64,000 bases of DNA from Mobula hypostoma (lineage: Eukaryota): positions 192,636,001 to 192,700,000 of the forward strand of contig NC_086097.1 of the NCBI RefSeq assembly GCF_963921235.1. Reading direction: 5' to 3'. Below the pieces are notes generated by a model that was not told the DNA's origin, did no database searches, and was given only the letters and a program-made list of their open reading frames with translations. The position numbers and the translations under genes are program-made. Shown piece after piece: positions 23,791 to 37,469 of the stretch (position 1 is the stretch's first letter; each line of letters opens with the position of its first letter).

Positions 23791-26700
23791 GGTCATGCTA
23801 GTCATAGACTAGCATCATTGCAATATCATCAATTTCAATAACATCTTCTCTACTAATGTGTTACAAACTTGGTAGTTATTACAATGTAACAATAGGTGCA
23901 ATCTTTCCAAACAGCTCTCAAAGGGCATAACCCAGTATAAATAATGCTCCTATATTACGAGATTTAATAAATGATTGGTTGTGGCAATAATGGGAGTAAG
24001 GTGGGGAAGATTCATTGGGAACCAGAAGGATTAATGGAGATCACTGCCACAGGCATATTGTTGTTAACAGAGTTGCAGTAAAGCACGATGCTACAGCTGG
24101 TGCTCCAGGTAGGCGGTTGACAGGGAAGATTGTCAGCACATATGTGTAGAGTCTGAATATAACAGCCATGGCTAACTGAAATGGAGAACTCCAAAGATTT
24201 GTGATCTTCGAACAGAAGAAATTTCTTCCTATTCTCTTTTGGAAAGAGGAACCCTTTTATTCTGAAACAAATACTCCCCTTGTTCTAAATACCATTAGGG
24301 GAAATGTCTTCTCAGAATGTCAACTCTCCTCAGGATCTATATATTACAATAAGGAATCATGCATTCTTCTAATCTCCAATTGTTCATACATGTACACCCA
24401 TAGATATCAACCTACTAAATCTTCTCTGAACTTTCTTCAATGCAAGATCAAAAATCCAAGCGTGTTCTCACCAATTCCCTATACAGTTGTAGCAGGACAT
24501 TCCTTCTTCTGTAAGGAAGTCCCTCCTGGTTATAATCTACTCCAACTGGAGGAAGTTAGACACATGGAAAACTAAAGCCGTCACCACAGCACGTCCCCCA
24601 CAATTCTGCTGCTGGACTGTATTGCAAAGTGTGGTTTGTTATCTGCCTTGGATGTTGCTTATGTGAACCTGCTGAATTGAAAATCAAGTTGTCAGGTCTC
24701 CTTTGATATTTTCTTGCTGAAAAATAAAAAGATTAAGTTAATGATAAAAATTCACACTCACAATCATGATTAAATGCTTCAGAATACTGAAGTAGAAACC
24801 AAAGAAATATAACCATTGTTATCAACTTGTTGCAGGATCTTACTTACACTTCATGTAGGTGTTGGAAATATCTTCTAATGGTGGATAATTACCGACTTCT
24901 GCCTTGCTCAGAACATGTCTATCTCAATCTCTGTATTCCAATAATTACAAGCACAGTCTACAGTAATTATTTGAGGCTCACTGTTCACAGCTGGTGCTGC
25001 TCAAAATCCAAATTGAAAGTCGATAATAATTTGGTACAATTATTATACTGATTTATGGGACGATGATGATTGCATAGGTTATAAAAAACAGTTTAGTTAC
25101 AGAATGAGTTTATAGAGTTCTTATAACGAACTAACAGCTCTCATAGATTATACAAAACCCTGCACTATTGTCACAGATACTACATTCAGCCTGGGATGAT
25201 GTAATATCCCAAGTACATTTCATTTCTTTTCATTGATCTAAATATTACCTACTCATGGTCAGTGGGCTCACTGGAAGCAAGTACCTCAAAAAAGCCTTGC
25301 AGGCACTAATAAATAAATAAATAAATTGCACATACTTGTACCAATAAATGGACAAATGCATCATTTTTTGATTGTCCGGCAGCATGCATTTTACAAATTA
25401 GTATTTTAAGGGACAAGCCATAATGTTCATCAAAATAATTAATTCCTTGGCACTTCATCAAGAGCATTCATTATCTAAATTAATTTCATAGTTCTTTTCA
25501 TCGCTACAGGGAAATGAAGAGTGCCAACCAACAAGAAAGTGAGGAAGAGACCAGAATGTTAACTGATTTTGTCCCTGTACAATTTTGCCCTCAAAAGTTT
25601 CAGCAACGATGATAGAAATTATGAAGGAGGGTTTCAGAACCCAGTCTCTCACAATTCTTGTATGTTAATGACTATTACTATTCATATATAAATTAACTTC
25701 CAATGAAGACCAAAATCCTTCATATATGTTTCCATCCTCCTACCCCAAAATTTCTACAAAGGAAACAGGTTAGTTTGACACAACATTATGATCAATCCTG
25801 TGCTCAACTTTGAGAGCAATTTTCACTCAAAATTAAAGACCTCTAATCTCCATCTTCATATTCTCTGATGTCATTTTTTCTCCATTCCTGTGCTACCTCC
25901 ATATTTGATTACTTCACCTCCTCTGATATCTTATGTATTACAGTTCAGTTGGCTTAAGATCATCTGGGCCAAAGGCTGTGGTCATCAAGGCCGTCCAAAT
26001 TTCCTTCTTAACACCGTGCCTTAGCTGTTCAGGATAGACTTGTAGATTTGTACAGATGATTTTAGATAAATGATGGTATTTTGTAACAACAATTTTATGA
26101 ACAACTGTCATTGACACAGCATTTATCAAAATGAGACAACACCAACAGTAGTAGTTCAGAATCAGAATCAGGTTTATTATTACTGACATACTGTATGTTT
26201 GTGGCAACAGTTCAGCAGTTCAGTGCAATACATAAAATACACTATAAATAAGAAATTCATATAATAAAATGAAATAAGTAGATCAAAGAGAGAGCATGGG
26301 TTCATTGTCCATTCAGAAAGATGATGGCATAGGGGAAGAAGCTTTTCCTAAATCACCATGTGCATGTCTTCATGCTCCTGTACCTCAGTCTTCTATTGCC
26401 TTGCTAAAAATACACTTGTAACACCAGAAGAAAGCTCTGGATACATACATTTGCATATATGTATCATCAAGGAGGCAGTTCAGGAGCCTGAAGACCCACA
26501 CTCAACAATTCAGGAACAACTTATTCCCTTCTGTCATTAGATTTCTGAATGATCCATGAACCAGTGAATACAACCTCATTATTCTTTTTTACTTGCACTA
26601 TATACTGTATATATTTTTGTAATATATAGGCATCAACGTCTTTGCACTCTACTGCTGCTACAAACCAACGAAATTCATGTCCAATATCAGTGACAATAAA

Positions 26701-28387
26701 TCTGATTCTGATGTACACTTGTATTTATAAACATTTAATTAGAGTTTATCTGAGCAAAAGTGTTTCACTTTTTTCACTATTTCATTCAACAGACAATCAC
26801 TCTAATTTAATTAATGGTCAAATAATAACACATTTCTGCTCAAGTTTGATAATATCAACTCCCCACGTGTCAGCCAATTGCTTACTAATAAATTTAATAC
26901 ATTGATTTTTCTGTAAGCATATTGTTACTTATTATTTAGGGAAACAAAATGTTTAGAAATTTTTAGCATACTTCATACCTTAAGTGATCATTATGCACTT
27001 TTCCAAATGGAAAAAAGTGGTAAAAAGATAAACTTGTATGTATTTTACCTCACCCCTACTTTCCTGTACACATCTTATATCCCTGTCAATATTCATCTTC
27101 AATATGCTCTTTGCTAGAGACTTTGTGCAAGTAGTGTTCTTTAGTTATACTCGAAAGCAAGCTGATGGTATAATTATGCCTCGGTACCATAATAGATCAA
27201 TACTTTTAACCATACATTAAAAATAGAATCACAGAGCACAGGAAAAAGTGACTGTTCACAGTAATTGCCTCATAGCATTCACAAACATGATTCAGGTTTC
27301 ATAGAAAACATTAACCACTCAAATTTGCTGGAAAAATTGTAAGTATATTAGTTATTTTTGATCATAGGTTTAGAGCTTATTTACTAAATGTCCAATTTGA
27401 TCTTGAGTCCAAAAAATTTCTGGAAATATTGATAGCGAGTTGTGTGCTCTCATGTCAGATAATGTAAAAAGATGAAATACCTTGGGAAATAATGATTGCA
27501 GCAGCAGGGATGTGTCCATCATTTTCAGGGCATGACACCTGACTATCTTGAGCATATGGTAGCATTTTCCCATCTCATCCCAAGCAAAATCTCCAGCACA
27601 AAACAAAAAAAAAATGACACTTCATAAGGTGAGCTTCATTTACTTATCTGGATTCCTGTATAGAGAACCCTGCATCTGCAAGATTGGCACCTAACATGGC
27701 ATTTGGTTGTGTCTATTATTAGCAATGAGGATTAATTGATCTATTCCACTCACATTGATGGACAGTTTGCCAGTGAAAATATGACAAGGGCATTTGTTCC
27801 GTTTTCTTGCAATTGAAAAACGACAGACACTCCATGGACATTTATTGTCAGATCGAGAGAGTGGCAGATCTTGTCCCATATGGCAAACAGCTCATACATG
27901 CCAGCTGCAAATCACATATTTTTAAGGGATAGTACTATAAAATGGGGAAAAGAGTACTTGGCCAACTTTATTACAGACACGGGCACCAATACCAGGTCGA
28001 TGGTGTGTGGATTTACACTTTCCTACAACAATCCATGAAGACCCTGACAGTGGAAGGTGATGGTCTGGGGACAATGATCTGCTAAGAAGATGGTTGAAAT
28101 ATCCATCCTCAATTAGGTGTAGTACACTCTTACACAGTAAGTAAATTGGAACCAACATTCAAATCAGAACTGCTATTTTAAGTGGAAGGTGAAGTGGGAT
28201 TTGGTACCACAAATTTTATTACTTAAAGTAGTGTTCATTCCAGACCAAACTAATGCTATTTTACTTATATATAAACTTGAACGTCTGCTTTTGAGTGATA
28301 CTTGGACCCTGTTAATAATCATACTAGGCTGCCTGTCAATAAAATGCAAAGCAAAAGCACTCATCATAAAGGAATACAGAGATGAGA

Positions 28388-28620
28388 GCAACACACAAAG
28401 TGCTGGAGATACTCTGCAGATCATGCAGCATCTATGAAGAGAATAAACAATCAACATTTTGGACTGAGACCTTTCATCAGGACAGATATAAACAGAAATA
28501 CAATACGGATATGATCCCCTCAGTCCTGAAGCAGGGTTTCAGCCTCAAATGTCAACTATCTACTCATTATCATAGATGCCGCCTGGCTTGCTGAGGTTTC
28601 CAGCATTTGCAGACTTTCAC
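28388..28620. repeat. Degenerate fold-back Penelope-derived element
   Basis: GCAACACACAAAGTGCTGGAG..GACCTTTCATCAGGAC..CAGTCCTGAAGCAGGGTTTC..CCAGCATTTGCAGA. Confidence 0.7.
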
Positions 28621-29069
28621 ATGCTTATGATTCTCTTTCTTGGTTTGGCTGAAAGAATTATTTAGTTTAGTTAAAGCTATGAAATCTGAATAAGAATCCT
28701 AACCTTCTTAAAAAGTTTGGTGTGACAGAAATTATTGATTACAAGGCAGCTGATAAATAATTAATTTTAAACACCTTTTACATTTTAACAATTATTGTAA
28801 TTGCTTTTATTTCCAATGCATGTAAAGTGCAAGGAAAGGGATATAAAATTTGCCACTGAATGAAGAATTAAGGAGGAAATAAAACAAAAGATTGTATTGA
28901 ACAAGAACAAATAAAATTGGATGAGAATAAGATTGAAATTAATTTCCCTTTCTTGACCTCTTTCCAGAATACGAGCTTCAGCTTTAACATAGAACGGTAC
29001 AGCACTGGATAGGCCATTGAGCCTACAATGTTGTGTTGATCTTACTGCTAATTTATACTAAATCATACA

Positions 29070-29660
29070 GATCAATTCAATAGAACAATGCACTGTGGTA
29101 ATATAAAGTAAAACAATAACAGAGTGCAGAATAAAGTGTTACAGTACAGAGGAAGTGCAGTGCAGATAGACAGCAAGGAACAAGGTCACAACTAGGTAGA
29201 TGTGAGGTCAAGAGTCCATCCTGTTGTACTAGGGAACCATTCAGTAGTCATAGAGTGGGATAGAAGCTGTCCTTAAGCCTGATGGTTTCAGGCTTTTGTA
29301 TTTTCACTCCAATGGGAGGTGGAGAAGAGAGAATGTCTGAGGTGAGTAGGATTTTTGATAATGCTGGCTGCTTTACTGGTGAAATGAGAAATGTAAACAG
29401 AATCCATAGAGGGGAGGCTGGTTTCTGTAATGCGCTGAGGTATGTCTTCAGCACTCTGCAGATTGTTGTGGTCATGGCAGAGTATTTGCCATACCAAGCT
29501 GTGATGCCTCTGGATAGCCACCTTCTATGATGCATCAAGAAGAGTTGGTGAGGATCAAAAAGGACGTGCCAAATTTCTTTAACCTCCTGAGGAAGCAGGG
29601 GTGATGGTGAGCTTTCCTGGTCATGGCATGAATGACCAGGACAAGCTATTGGTGATGTTG
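29070..29660 (-). mobile_element. Rex1/Babar-type LINE 3' fragment
   Basis: ITAWYG..QRITETSLPSMDSVY..KAASIIKNPTH (ORFs 29248-29538, 29288-29521). Confidence 0.75.
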
Positions 29661-30157
29661 GCTTCTTTAGATATATGTGGACTTAAGGGAAGAAAAATAC
29701 CATAGCAGGGGCTGTAGAGTCCACTGTTACATTCTTCTCTCTGAATTCTTGTCTTCCTGGTATGCCTAATGGCAAACAATGTAAATGGTTCCCTGACCTG
29801 TTCTTCCTTATAAAACCTGCATCAGTTATTCTTCAAAGGATTGCCTTTGGCCTCAAAGAAAATTTTCATTTGTTTGGCAAAAATTTTGAAAATGCCCCCT
29901 TCCCACAATCCAAGCCCTTATGACGCACATTCTCATTTTCCCCACAGTTCTCCAGTAAGTCCTTCCACTTTCCCCTCCTCGTAAGATCAAGGGGGTATTA
30001 ACAGTCACAAATAATATTCATTGCCATGACATATTCCCAATGCTTCTCTGCCTCTTCAGCACAATTGACATCTTATTCTTACATTTGTTTTCACAGATTA
30101 AAAAGTACTCTTTGAAATAGATGGGCTTGGGGATTGTATCAGATCCAACCTGAGCAA

Positions 30158-30776
30158 TCATGAGGAAATCTGCAGATGCTGGAGTTTCAAGCAACAGACA
30201 TAAAAATTGCTGGTGAACACAGCAGGCTAGGCAGCATCAATAAGAAGAAGTACAGTCGACGTTTTAGGCTGAGACTCTTCGTCAGGACTAACTGAAAGAA
30301 GAGATAGTAAGAGATTTGAAAGTGGTTTTGGGGGGGGGGGAGATCCGAAATGATAGGAGAAGACAGGAAGGGGAGGGATGGAGCTAAGAGCTAGAAAGTT
30401 GATTGGCAAAAGGGATGTGAGAGGATCATGGGACAGGAGCAATAGGGAGAAAGAAAGGGGAGGGGGGAAGCCCAGAGGATAAGCAAGAAGTATAGTGAGA
30501 GGGACAGAGGGAGAAAAAGGAGAGAGAGAAAAGAAAAGAAAAATTAATTAATTAATCAATCAATCAATAAATAAATAAATGGAGTACGAAGGGGAGGTGG
30601 GGCATTAATGGAAGTTAGAGAAGTCAATGTTCATGCCATCAGGTTGGAGGCTACCCAGACGGAATATAAGGTGTTGTCCCTCCAACCTGAATGTGGCTTC
30701 ATCTTGACAGTGGAGGAGGCCGTGGATAGACATGTCAGAATGGAAATGGGACATGGAATTAAAATGTGTGGCCGCT
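30158..30776 (-). mobile_element. Penelope-like element 3' portion (GIY-YIG C-terminal end + terminal repeat)
   Basis: Collinear with 17217-17652 and 41183-41750. Confidence 0.8.
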
Positions 30777-32212
30777 GGCCAACCTGAGCATTGTTGTGCT
30801 TCTGTTGATGGATTTTACTTCGGACTGTGGTAACCATGCTATTCACTTCGAGCACTGGTCCTTCATGATCTATGTCAGTGAGACTACCTTTGCCTGATTC
30901 TGCTCTTAGGTTTTTGACTAGAGCACCTCTATTAATTATTCTTTTTCTTCACATTATCTCATCCAAATTTCCCCATAGCTTTACTTCTTTCCTTCAGTCT
31001 GGGTACACCTTGCTGAATAATACAAACAGTTCCTGTGATACTTCACAGTATTCTTCACAGTTCAGAAAATTGTCAAATTTTGCATCATTAAAAATTGTAG
31101 CTTGAACCCTCAAGTCTAGGTCATAAATATAGATCAATAAATACCCAACACCAACCACTGAGAAGTGTCACAATCTGAAAAGCAACCATTCACAATGACC
31201 CCCTGTTGCCTGTTACCAAGCAACGCTCATGATCAATGTCCCTTTTATGATGTGTGCTACAAGAACTCAAGAAAATAGGAGCAGGAGAAGGCCACCTGAC
31301 CCCTTGAGGCTTGCCCTCCATTCAATAACATCGTGGCTAATCTACCACAGGTGTTGACTTCTCTATGCCAGATCCCTATGGCTCTCAATCCCCTGGTCTT
31401 TCAAAACAGCAACACCTCATTTTAAATACTTTTAATGATCCGCCTCAACTCCACAGGGCTTTTAGGATTTTAGGAGGGTTTCCCTTCAATTTTGTAAGAT
31501 ACTTCAACTTTATACTAACACAGAGACATCTATTGATCACATGCTACAACTTTTAATGTGGTACCGATTAATATTCCATAAGTTATACCCTGAGGAGTGC
31601 AAAACTTCCCTTACCATGTCTGACATTTGGGATAGGGCATCTACTGCAGGATCAGAGAAGTTCTGATGGACTTCTAAAATGTCAAAAATTTCCCTCATGG
31701 AGGCAGCCACAGGACAGATCTCCAAATCTATTAACAGGGACATGGTACCTTTAAGTAATCTTTGGGATAACCAAATTCCCATGGGCAATATTCCTGAATC
31801 ATTGAGTCAAATCTTAACATGATTAGCCCTGGAACTAAGTGAATATTTGTGCACAATACCCTCTTCTTTCTGCGTGGCTACTACATACCTCTAGGTGGTT
31901 ATATTCGGTAGATTGGTAAAGAAGCAAGATTCCAAGTTTCCCTGTGTCTCATTTCAAGAGTTGGAAGAGGATAATGGGGCAGAAATTGATATCAACATAT
32001 CATAACATTGGCACATCTGTGAATGAAGTGTAATTTGGAAGCAAGGAACTACCAACATGTAGTCCACATTTTAAGTACAGTATATTACATGCAGCCCATG
32101 ACGAATTCTCACATTTAAGTATTTGGCCAATACACTGAAGGTGAAGAAATCTAATCAACACCGTTTGATGAAGGACAAGAGGCAAGAGCAGAAATTGAGA
32201 GATTATATAACA

Positions 32213-33890
32213 TAGTAAGACCATAAGACATCGAAGTAGAATTAGGCCATTCAGCCATTGAGCCTGGTCTGCCATTACATCAGGGCTGAATTATTATCCC
32301 TCTCAACTCCATTCTCCTGCCTTCTCCCCATAACCTTTCATGCCATGATTACTCATAATTGACACAACCATCGCCTTAAATCTAGCCAACAGTATCTGTG
32401 GCAATGAATTCCAAAGATTCGCCATCCTCTGGCCAAAGAAACTTTTCCTCATCTCTGTTCTAAATGGATGTTCCTCTGTTCTGAGGCCGTGCCTTCTGCT
32501 CCTAGACTACCCCACTACAGGGAACATCCTTTCCACATCCACTCTACCTAGGTCTTTCAACATTCAATAGGTTTCAATGAGGTCCCCCCACATTCTTCTA
32601 AACACCACTGGCCCTGAGCCATAACTCACTCCTCACACGATAAGCCTTTCATTCCCTGAATCATTCTTGTGAACCTTCTCTGAACCCTCTCCTAAGTCAG
32701 CACATCCTTTTTTAAATAATGGGCCTAAAGCTGCTCACAACACTCCAAGTGAGGCATCACCAGTGTCTTTTAATGCATGAACATCACATTCTTTAATGCT
32801 GGAGGAGCCAGCAGGCCAGGCAACATCTATGGAAAAAAGTGCAGTCGACATTTTAGGCCAAGACCCTTCGGCAAGTCTTGTGCTGAAACGTCAACTGTAA
32901 TTTTTTCCAAGGATTGCTGCTTGGTCTGTTGTGTTCCTCCAGCGTTTTGTGTGTGTTGCTTGGATTTCTAGCATCTTCAGATTTTCTGTAGTTTGTGAAC
33001 ATCACATCCTTGCCCTTATGTTCTAGAACTCGCAAAATGAATGCTAACATTGCATTTGTCTTCCTTACCGGTGACTCAACATACAAGTTAACCTTTAAAG
33101 AATCCAGCACAAGGAGTCTCAAATCCCTTTCCACCTCATATTTTTCGATTTTGGCCCCATTAAGAAAATAGTCCTTGCCTTTATTCTTTCAACCAAACTG
33201 TATGACCATACACTTCTCTCTATGATATTCCATTTTCCATTTCTTTTCCCATTCTGCCAATCTATACACGACCTTCTACAGACTCTCTGCTTCCTCAACA
33301 CTACCTGTCCCTCTACCTATCTTTGTATTGTCTGAAAACTTGGCCACAAAGCCATCAATTCCATCATACAGAATGCTGACAGGCTGTATAATGTGAAAAG
33401 AAGCAGTCCTCATACCAACCCCTGCAGAGCACCACATGCCAACAGAAATCAACTAGAAAGTCCACTATATTCTGACTCTTTGCCTCTTGCCAATCAGCCA
33501 ATCTTCTATCCATGCTAATATCTTTCCTGTAATACTGTGGGCTCTTGTTAAGCAACCTCATGTGTGACAACATATCAAAGGCTTTCTGAAAATTTAATTT
33601 TAAAAATCCACTGACTCCTCTTTCTCTACCCTGCTTGTTATTTCCTTAAAGAACTGCAACAGATTTGTCAGCCAACATTTCCATTTAAAGAAACCATACT
33701 GACTTTGGCCTATTTTGTCATGTGCCTCCAACTACCCCGAAACCTCTTCCTTCATAATAGACTCCAATATCCTTCCAATCACAGAAGTCAGGCAAAACGG
33801 CTTATAATTTTACCTTTCTTCTGCGTGCCCCCCCGCCCCCTTAAAGAGTGGAGTGTCATTTGCTACTTTTTAGTCTTCTGCAACTATTCA
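32213..33890 (-). mobile_element. CR1 LINE fragment containing a Penelope fold-back insertion
   Basis: CR1 tail and RT remnants (ORFs 32853-33134, 33364-33573). Confidence 0.85.
32790..32995. mobile_element. Fold-back Penelope-derived element with TSD
   Basis: TSD TGAACATCACAT at 32778-89 and 32996-33007; inverted arms around GACCCTTCGGCAAGTCTT. Confidence 0.8.
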
Positions 33891-33899
33891 TAAGGCCAG

Positions 33900-34678
33900 A
33901 AGACCACATGACATAGGAGCTGTATTAGACCATGTGGCCCATCAAGTTTGTTCTGCCATTTGCCTCTCAACTCCATTTTCCTGCCTTCTCCCCATAACTT
34001 TTCCCACCCTGACTAATCAGGAACTCATCAACCTCAACCTTAAGTATATCCAATGACATCCTCTCTAGATCCACCCTATCAATGCCTTACAACATTCGAT
34101 AGGTTTCAATGAGATTCCCCCCTCATTCTTCTAAATCTCAGTGAATAAAGACCCACAGCCATCATTCACTCCTCATACAAAAACCCTTTCATCCCCAGAA
34201 TCATTCTCGTGAACCTCCTCTGAACTCTCGCCAAAGTCAGCCCAAACTTTCTTAAATAAAAGACCCAAAACTGCTCACAAAACTCCAAGTGAAGCTTCAA
34301 CAGTGCCTTATAAATTTGTAACGTTGCGTCCTTTCTTGTATTTTCTAGTCCTCTCTAAATGAATGCTAACATTGCATTTGCCTTCCACACCACAAATTCA
34401 ACCTGCAAATTAACCTTTAGGAAATCCTGCATGAGGACTCCCAAGCCCCTTTGCCCCTTCAGTATTTCTCCCCATTTAGACAATAGTCTATGCTTTTATT
34501 CCTTCCGCTAAAGTGAATGCCCATACACTTCTGGATGATGCAATCCGTTGGCCACTTCTTTACCCATTCTCCTAATATGTCTAAGTCCTTCTGCAAACTC
34601 CCTGCTTTCTCAACACTATCTGCCCTTCAAGCTATTTTTGTATCATCCACAAACTGGGCTGCAAAGCCATCAATTCAT
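33900..34678 (-). mobile_element. CR1 LINE 3' fragment
   Basis: Collinear with 32213-33360. Confidence 0.8.
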
Positions 34679-34679
34679 C

Positions 34680-36598
34680 AATACCATCAATACCTTTAAT
34701 ACCATCATTCCAAATAAACTGATTCCTAAGCTCTGAAACCTGGACCTTAGCACTCAGATCTGCAGCTGGATCTTAAGCTTCCTCACAGACAGGACCCAGG
34801 CTGTAAAAATAGGGGACAAGCTCTCCTCTACAATCATTCTGAGCACCGGTGCCCCACAAGGCTGTATACTCAGCCCCCTGCTGTACTAGTGATAGTCATA
34901 TTTTATTGATCCTGGGGGAAATTGGTTTTCGTTACAGTTGCACCATAAATAATAAATAGTAATAGAACCATAAATAGTTAAATAGTAATATGTAAATTAT
35001 GCCAGTAAATTATGAAATAAGTCCAGGACAAGCCTATCGGCTCAGGGTGTCTGACCCTCCAAGGGAGGAGTTGTAAAGTTTGATGGCCACAGGCAGGAAT
35101 GACTTCCTATGACGCTTTGTGCTGCATCTCGGAGGAATGAGTCTCTGGCTGAATGTACTCCTGTTCCCACCCAGTACATTATGTAGTGGATGGGAGACAT
35201 TGACCAAGATGGCATGCAACTTAGACAGCATCCTCTTTTCAGACACCACCGTCAGAGAGTCCAGTTCCATCCCTACAACATCACTGGCCTTACGAATGAG
35301 TTTGTTGATTCTGTTGGTGTCTGCTACCCTCAGCCTGCTGCCCCAGCACACAACAGCAAACATGATAGCACTGGCCACCACAGACTTGTAGAACATCCTC
35401 AGCATCTTCCGGCAGATGTTAAAGGACCTCAGTCTCCTCAGGAAATAGAGACGGCTCTGACCCTTCTTGTAGACAGCCTCAGTGTTCTTAGACCAGTCCA
35501 GTTTATTGTCAATTCGTATCCCCAGGTATTTGTAATCCTCCACCATGTCCACACCGACCCCCTGGATGGAAACAGGGGTCACCGGTACCTTAGCTCTCCT
35601 TAGGTCTACCTGAGTGTTATTCACTGTACACCCATGATTGTGTAGTCAAGCTTCCATCGAACTCAATATATAAGTTTGCTGATGACACAAACAATTCTAG
35701 GCCGTATCTTGGGTAATGATGAGTTTGAGTACAGAGAGGAAATTAAGAACCTGGTGGCATGATGCAAAGACAATAACCTATCCCTCAACGTCAGCAAGAC
35801 GAAGGAATTGGTTGTTGACTTCAGAAGGAGTAGCGGACCGCACGACCCAATTTACATCAGTGGTGCACAAGTGGAACAGGTCAAAAGCTTTAAGTTCCTT
35901 GGGGTCAATATCACAAATGACCTGACTTGGTCCAACCAAGCAGAGTGCACTGCCAAGAAGGTCCACCAGTGCCTTTACTTCCTGAAAAAACTAAAGAAAT
36001 TTGGCTTGTCCCCTAAAACCCTCACTAATTTTTATAGATGCACCGAAGAAAGCATTCTTCTAGGGTGCATCACAAACTGGTATGGAAGTTATCCTGTCCA
36101 AGATCGAAAGAAGCTGCAGAAGATCATGAACACGGCGCAGCACATCACGCAAACCAACCTTCCATCCTTGGACTCACTTTACATCGCACGCTATCGGAGC
36201 AGTGCTGCCAGGATAATCAAGGACACGACGCACCCAGCTAACACACTTGTCATCCCTCTTCCCTCCGGGAGAAGGCTCAGGAGCTTGAAGACTCGTACGG
36301 CCAGATTTGGGAACAGCTTCTTTCCAACTGTGATAAGACTGCTGAACGGATCTTGATCCGGATCTGGGCCGTACCCTCCAAATATCCGGACCCGCCTCTC
36401 GGTTTTTTTGCACTACCTCACTTTCCATTTTTCTATTTTCTATTTATGATTTATGATTTAAGTTTTTAATATTTACTAATTTTACTAATTTTATTATTTA
36501 ATATTTGTAATCCAGGGAGTGTGAAGCGCAGAATCAAATATCGCTGATGATTGTACGTTCTAGTATCAATTATTTGGCGACAATTAAGTATAAAGTAT
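34680..36598 (+). mobile_element. Rex1/Babar-type LINE RT and 3' end, interrupted at 34888-35610
   Basis: [26 protein letters not shown] / SLYTHDCV..YKFADDT; ORF 35808-36356. Confidence 0.9.
34888..35610 (-). mobile_element. Second Rex1/Babar-type family, 5'-truncated, nested
   Basis: ORF 35034-35624 YKYLGIRIDNKLDWS..SRLYFLRRLRSF..AVVCWG..RKSFLP, uninterrupted. Confidence 0.9.
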
Positions 36599-37469
36599 AT
36601 TCCAACATTCAAGATGCTGCATATGATGAAATGATAATGATAATTTATTTTTATTGATATATATCAAAGGGTGCACGGGAGTACTCCCTTGTTTATCTTG
36701 TTGATCTGTTACTCTAGTGGACTAAGTTTAACCTCTCTCCCAAGTCATGGTATCCCAGATCATATTGAACTTTCTCAGAAAATGAAAATTATGAAAATAT
36801 TGCAGATGCTGGAAATATGCAATAAAGATCGAAAGTGATGAAAACACTCATCAAGTTACCCATCCTTCTGCCCATTTCCAGCATTTTTGTTATTTTTGTC
36901 TCAGCACTTGCTCATTTTACAGAAAGTAGATGTTCAAATGTTATCGCACTATTGAAAAGAGTGGAGAGAGAAAATAATAGCAAATCCTAAATGGTAAAGC
37001 TGACTTCCATGATAGAAGATCTTAGATAAATTATTCCATAATAAAATTAGGTGGTTGTTGGAAAAATATAGGCTAATAAACTAAGACATTGAATTCTATG
37101 AAGAAATAAAGAGTGTTTGACATATATGAACTCTCAAAGGGAATTTGATAACAATAATGTTAGAAAGCTATCAGCAGAATGGAAGTCCGTGCTATTAAAG
37201 CAGCATTGTCTGCATAACACAATATAGGCTAAAGCTTAAAAAACCAAGAAGACTGCTGAAATAAAGTTATTTCTAGAATGCTTGGATGTATAATATTGTT
37301 CCATTTGCTCAGTTTTGGACTATTGCTTACATTTAGATATACAGCATGGACTAGGTATATGGAGCATAGTCCAAATTTTGCAAACAAAAAAAATTAGAAA
37401 TTAGTAAAGAGTAAAGAGAACAGTAACAAATATCAGAAGGCTATTTGGAGAGGGTGGGGGGAGGGGTTC

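Noticed and set aside
24848..24930. Minus-strand donor GTAAGT with upstream open frame
   Set aside because: The peptide (YPPLEDISNT) resembles a decayed Rex-type LINE, and there is no good acceptor.
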